Source of the DNA: a virus | Taxonomy: Duplodnaviria; Caudoviricetes | Virus record (IMG/VR): IMGVR_UViG_3300042988_001200 | DNA length: 64,000 bases | Strand: one strand, 5' to 3' | Part shown: positions 61,001-64,000 of the stretch, one piece after another | Layout of the letters: each line of letters begins with the position of its first letter | Position numbering within the stretch: the first letter of the stretch is position 1 | The notes under the pieces: model-generated | Told to the model about the DNA's origin: nothing | The model's input: the letters and a program-made list of their open reading frames with translations, nothing else | Database searches by the model: none | Position numbers and translations under genes: made by a program

Positions 61001-61212
61001 ATAAAGTAGAGGATTTTATAGATAGTAAAACTAAGGCTATTGGTGGGATTAATACTATTAAGAAGATACCTAAACTTATAAAACTATTAACTAAGTATGA
61101 TATCCCTATCCTAGAAAGAGTTAACACTATTATGGATTGTTTAGATATATTGGAGGAAGCTCGTAATATATTTAATCCTGATATATTAGAGGATGTAATT
61201 ATTAATAACTAA
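58087..61212 (+). CDS. Large virion protein; Ser/Thr/Asn-rich region resembling a spike beta-helix
   Basis: Charged N-terminus, about 250 aa of S/T/N-rich short repeats, then acidic linkers and helical regions. Confidence 0.55.
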   Translation: MTTPKPTETNKEVAPKEVAKDTDKTLKEEKANTDKETDKAEETVESSNTKKRKLLPANILTEPRLLMNGGTPQTETLNVVEEVTVKVQQTAEAKAKAASKVSKEKSFPSQLGTTLIEMTKSLFNYQRLFTYEPNIEKLNQAALNTNEGNTTSIVSNKGIQISSASSLDLSSLTASSVHAPMVITNSSTTYNKSEAFYSLGNTNQSRYELSYNQSNKFINTGKHNLDIFSLSEDKSRNKILEATIDYSETSPSISRYSSTDNTLTDNHKLQVAEDSLYQTQTGSIVIANGRPIADNIPSLLSFPITGINPNQSLMVIGEGTITTNSSKQIKNTVPRMTSVGKFIENIAKDKAVTLTDLHNVYSDTSVILGNKGFISGTTLKSATTLIGKFTFLGGFLSAVYTGKSLISIAKNVLSKVEIPIKLPIPPLPSKPKGYDSKDIDDCIPKSQKEEDEIVEDYHNQPIDPTLYYVPYLGDLEEYESLGDTVPKLFILRRNLRRVDREVNKVSKEILKYKAYSSQFNELIQIKVDLDLRFVGIINKIRALEAKLRALGIDTEQFEFSEPTLDSVILYDNNDAPIDAGIDTERRVSIPPSNREDSTTPLEEQPSRSSTTGDNSNEESEDYQQYRKNRDTLPSLEQDAYKKEKELSSNKSTGNTVQASEESGSLSSSAFTTRTTSLRYELSSKREIKGIESSKKPSLAPGSYLNLFSQDVEDTDEEKQETENNSISTLGAFEKLSLSIFTKAVDELDSLTDLDKQLLKEKGDAIIKEIQRSKSFKGIATALGLDKKYDEVIEGLDKQLTNHIGAGFLCLLDKGISKAKGASNRYINNLERIQDIVVNIPNRGVESGEDFGRDLLFTLNKSQDPIGDIKKVFTRSLIRKYGLTPGINPSIPDPYSGLYKTQKAIDGDLRNIESLVSSLVEDIIKDKEVVIEAYDEHVRPLVKDVVDTYKEKGFSGLVSRVTQDTETKEFIKNKVEDFIDSKTKAIGGINTIKKIPKLIKLLTKYDIPILERVNTIMDCLDILEEARNIFNPDILEDVIINN

Positions 61213-61213
61213 T

Positions 61214-61708
61214 ATGGACTCTTTATCTCTACTTTATCTACTAGAAGACCTTCCTAGATATATTCAATACATCAATCTTTATAATGATTTAAACCCAGAA
61301 GAGCCTATTATTCTACCAAAGAACTGTCAATTACCTAGAGAAACCTCTATAGCTTCTACTTGTTTACTTAATGGAATAACTAATAATCAGGTCTCCTTTA
61401 GTTATATAGAGAGACCTAAGTACCCTCCTACTATTAATAAAAGTAAGTTAGTTATTAAACCAAAGAGCTATATAAGACTCCTAGATAACTCTTATCATTA
61501 TCCTTATATATCAAACCAGGAGTTTATACCCCTTTGTTTAGTTAGTGTAATAACCCAATACGACACTCAATCTAACCAAGGAATTGCTTATATGAGTCCT
61601 AGAGATGTGTATGTTATAGATGCTTTCTCTGTACTAAGGAAGATAAATACTATTCAATTAGGCTCTTTATACTCTATTAATCTAGAAGATTGTTATATTG
61701 ATTATTGA
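61214..61708 (+). CDS. Hypothetical protein (baseplate region)
   Basis: 164-aa ORF in the operon. Confidence 0.6.
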   Translation: MDSLSLLYLLEDLPRYIQYINLYNDLNPEEPIILPKNCQLPRETSIASTCLLNGITNNQVSFSYIERPKYPPTINKSKLVIKPKSYIRLLDNSYHYPYISNQEFIPLCLVSVITQYDTQSNQGIAYMSPRDVYVIDAFSVLRKINTIQLGSLYSINLEDCYIDY

Positions 61709-62039
61709 TATGTTAAGTATAAGTAAACCCCCTTTCTATGACTATAAAGGCTTAGTTCTTTTAATAAAGAATGTAGATAAGATAGGTAAAAGAGTTAATA
61801 TAAGCCTTTATGAAGAGGATTTAAGTTGTATTAATTCTCTATTTACTCTTATAAATGAATATATAAATGTACCTAAAGGAGAGAGTTTATTCCAAAAGGA
61901 GATAGATATTACCCCCTTTCGTATCTATAAGATAGAACTTATATATGAAGATAATAGAACTTCATTAGTGTTAACTCCTAATAAAGGACAATTAATAGTC
62001 GGAGTTCCCTATTCTTCTTACTCTTATCTAGAGATATAG
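61698..62039 (+). CDS. Hypothetical protein (baseplate region)
   Basis: 113-aa ORF in the operon. Confidence 0.55.
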   Translation: MIIDMLSISKPPFYDYKGLVLLIKNVDKIGKRVNISLYEEDLSCINSLFTLINEYINVPKGESLFQKEIDITPFRIYKIELIYEDNRTSLVLTPNKGQLIVGVPYSSYSYLEI

Positions 62040-62083
62040 AGCTATATTTTATATAGATTAATAGAAGATAAATAGGAGACTAT

Positions 62084-62536
62084 ATGAAAGATTTAGCTTT
62101 AAAAGATGGAGATATAAGTCTAGGTGTAAGTGAGTTAGTTCAACAAGAGTATGGAACTAGGAGAGTAAAAGACCTTTTAGTTATAGATAAAGAGACAACT
62201 CTTAAGAGATTATTAAAAAGAGCTCTAATAACTCCTATTACTTATATAGGTAGAGAGGTAATTAATTATGATGAGGGTTCTGATAGGTTAGATTTATATT
62301 ATGGTAATGGATTATATCTAGAGTTATCTGAACCATTAACTCCTGAGTGGTTAGAAAGAGCCAATAGTCATATAAGAAAAGCTCTTGCATTTTTACCTCC
62401 CGATATTCAAGTAAATAATACTAAGGTAGATATTGTATCAGAGTCCTCTGTATCTATAGTAATAACATACACTTTTAATAATCAATTAATGACTATACAA
62501 GAACTTATAGATATAAATAATCTATCTATATCTTAA
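62084..62536 (+). CDS. Baseplate wedge / sheath initiator (gp25-like)
   Basis: DLALKDGDI...RALITP...YGNGL...IRKAL...DIQVNNTKV; it precedes baseplate J. Confidence 0.75.
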   Translation: MKDLALKDGDISLGVSELVQQEYGTRRVKDLLVIDKETTLKRLLKRALITPITYIGREVINYDEGSDRLDLYYGNGLYLELSEPLTPEWLERANSHIRKALAFLPPDIQVNNTKVDIVSESSVSIVITYTFNNQLMTIQELIDINNLSIS

Positions 62537-62542
62537 ATAAAT

Positions 62543-63598
62543 ATGATACCTAAGACTACAGAACAGATTATTCAATTATTTAGAAAGGAGTTATCTACCT
62601 CTGGCTCTGAACTAGCTAACTTCTATAGATATAGTAATCTTCATTTAATATATAGGTCTATAGCCTCTATACTCTCAGAACAGGATACAGATATAAAGAT
62701 AACAAAGGATACAGGGTTTATATCTACTAGTACCGGAGAGGATTTAGATTATATAGGTAGAGACTTTAGTGTTTATAGAGATGAAGGTAATAAGGCTAGA
62801 GGATATGTACTAGCATCCAACTCTTCTCTAATAGAGATACCTCCTGGCACTATATTAAACATTGCTTCTCAGGCTCTTCAATATGAGACCTTAGAAAGAA
62901 GGGTTCTATCAAATAACATACCTCAGAGTATACCTATAGTTTCTCTATCTAGTTCCTCTCTATATAACATTAGTGCTGGTACTGTTTTATATAACTCTAT
63001 ATTCCCCTCTACTTCCTTTATAGTAGGTAGATATTCCACTAATGGTAGATATTATCCAGACTTAGTAGGAGGCTCTGATTTAGAAGAGGATGACTCCTTT
63101 AGAGATAGGATTCTAAGAAAGATTGTAGGTACAGAGTTTGGTACTTATGGAGCTATATATGATGCTGTTAAATCCCTACCATTTATTAGCCAGGTAATAA
63201 TAAAGGATTCCCTTCCTGTACCTGGCTATTTTACAGTATATATAGATACAGCAGATACTGTAAATATAAATACAGTTAGAAGACTTGTTAATAATATTAA
63301 ACCTATAGGAGTGGGATTTGTTATTAGACCTATTCTCTATACAAGTTTCTCTATAGTAGCTAGAGTAAGGGTTAATAGAATAGAGGAGGGGGTTCTTAAT
63401 AATATAAAGACTAGAATAAGGGATTTAACTACAAATCTAAGGGTAGATGAACATTTATCTAGGGATTCTATTCTTGCATCTATTATGAGAGTTAATGGAG
63501 TTATATCTGTATCTTTAACCTCCCCTTCTGGAGATTTAATACCAGCCTCTCAACAGGTGGTATCTATAGATAATATCCAAATAGATTTATATGAATAA
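62543..63598 (+). CDS. Baseplate J-like protein
   Basis: STSTGEDLDYIG...GNKARG...IPPGTI...GGSDLEEDDSFRDRI...GTYGAI.DAV. Confidence 0.92.
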   Translation: MIPKTTEQIIQLFRKELSTSGSELANFYRYSNLHLIYRSIASILSEQDTDIKITKDTGFISTSTGEDLDYIGRDFSVYRDEGNKARGYVLASNSSLIEIPPGTILNIASQALQYETLERRVLSNNIPQSIPIVSLSSSSLYNISAGTVLYNSIFPSTSFIVGRYSTNGRYYPDLVGGSDLEEDDSFRDRILRKIVGTEFGTYGAIYDAVKSLPFISQVIIKDSLPVPGYFTVYIDTADTVNINTVRRLVNNIKPIGVGFVIRPILYTSFSIVARVRVNRIEEGVLNNIKTRIRDLTTNLRVDEHLSRDSILASIMRVNGVISVSLTSPSGDLIPASQQVVSIDNIQIDLYE

Positions 63599-63603
63599 AA
63601 TAT

Positions 63604-64000
63604 ATGCTTACTTGTATTGAAGCACTAGAGAAAATAAGTTCCCTATCTGGATTAGATTTAGATGAATCTATAGATATTTCAATAGAGTCTGGGAATCAGT
63701 ATAGTTCTATTAATTATATATCTGGTTATATCAAGGGATTAGATAATGGAACTTCCTTTTCTAATTATGAGAGTGGGGTATATGAGAAAGAATGTTCTAT
63801 ATCTACTGGTATGTGGGTATATAAAGATAAGGTAGTTACAGATAACTCCTGGTGTTTGAAAGACTGTTATGAGCCTTATACCCCTATATGTAAGACTAAG
63901 GAACCCATCTATATAGACTATATATATGAACCAGATGTCTTTGAATCCAACACTTATGAACAGAGGTTAATATATAAAGAATCTTTTAAACCCTGTGGAT
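63604..64000 (+). CDS. Partial ORF running off the window (baseplate or tail-fiber region)
   Basis: MLTCIEALEKISSLSGLD... is open to base 64000. Confidence 0.65.
   Translation, partial: MLTCIEALEKISSLSGLDLDESIDISIESGNQYSSINYISGYIKGLDNGTSFSNYESGVYEKECSISTGMWVYKDKVVTDNSWCLKDCYEPYTPICKTKEPIYIDYIYEPDVFESNTYEQRLIYKESFKPCG

Noticed and set aside
1-64000. Stop-codon reassignment (TAG or TGA), suggested by frequent CTAG and the TGA at 7579
   Set aside because: Genes are full length and densely packed in the standard code. TAG and TGA end genes at sensible places, including ATGA overlaps, and Trp is encoded by TGG.

Overview
This 64 kb window is from a large, AT-rich (about 30% GC by eye) tailed phage with a contractile tail. 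The host is probably a cyanobacterium, inferred from the amidase, beta-lactamase-like and ATPase families present. Bases 1-1540 are non-coding, with repeats and hairpins. NAD-dependent DNA ligase follows, then a minus-strand accessory region (3.8-15.2 kb). That region holds small HicB-like proteins, a degenerate PtuA-type ABC ATPase, a PatX-like peptide, a DUF2828 vWA/TROVE-like gene behind a structured repeat array, and HNH, KilA-N and thermonuclease genes. A short plus-strand cluster (15.2-18.5 kb) includes a PAAR gene. A 5372-aa ORF on the minus strand comes next, followed by the plus-strand morphogenesis operon: tail chaperone with a -1 frameshift, portal, protease/scaffold, major capsid, sheath, tube, hub, spike, cell-wall hydrolases and baseplate. 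The main finding is the 5372-aa protein. It carries two PLD (HxK...GSxN) motifs at the N-terminus, an ordered set of two-barrel RNA polymerase motifs, a roughly 1450-aa coiled-coil insert splitting the catalytic barrel, and tape-measure-like hydrophobic segments at the C-terminus. It is most simply read as a virion-packaged PLD/RNAP/tape-measure fusion. All family calls come from reading motifs by eye; no database search was run.
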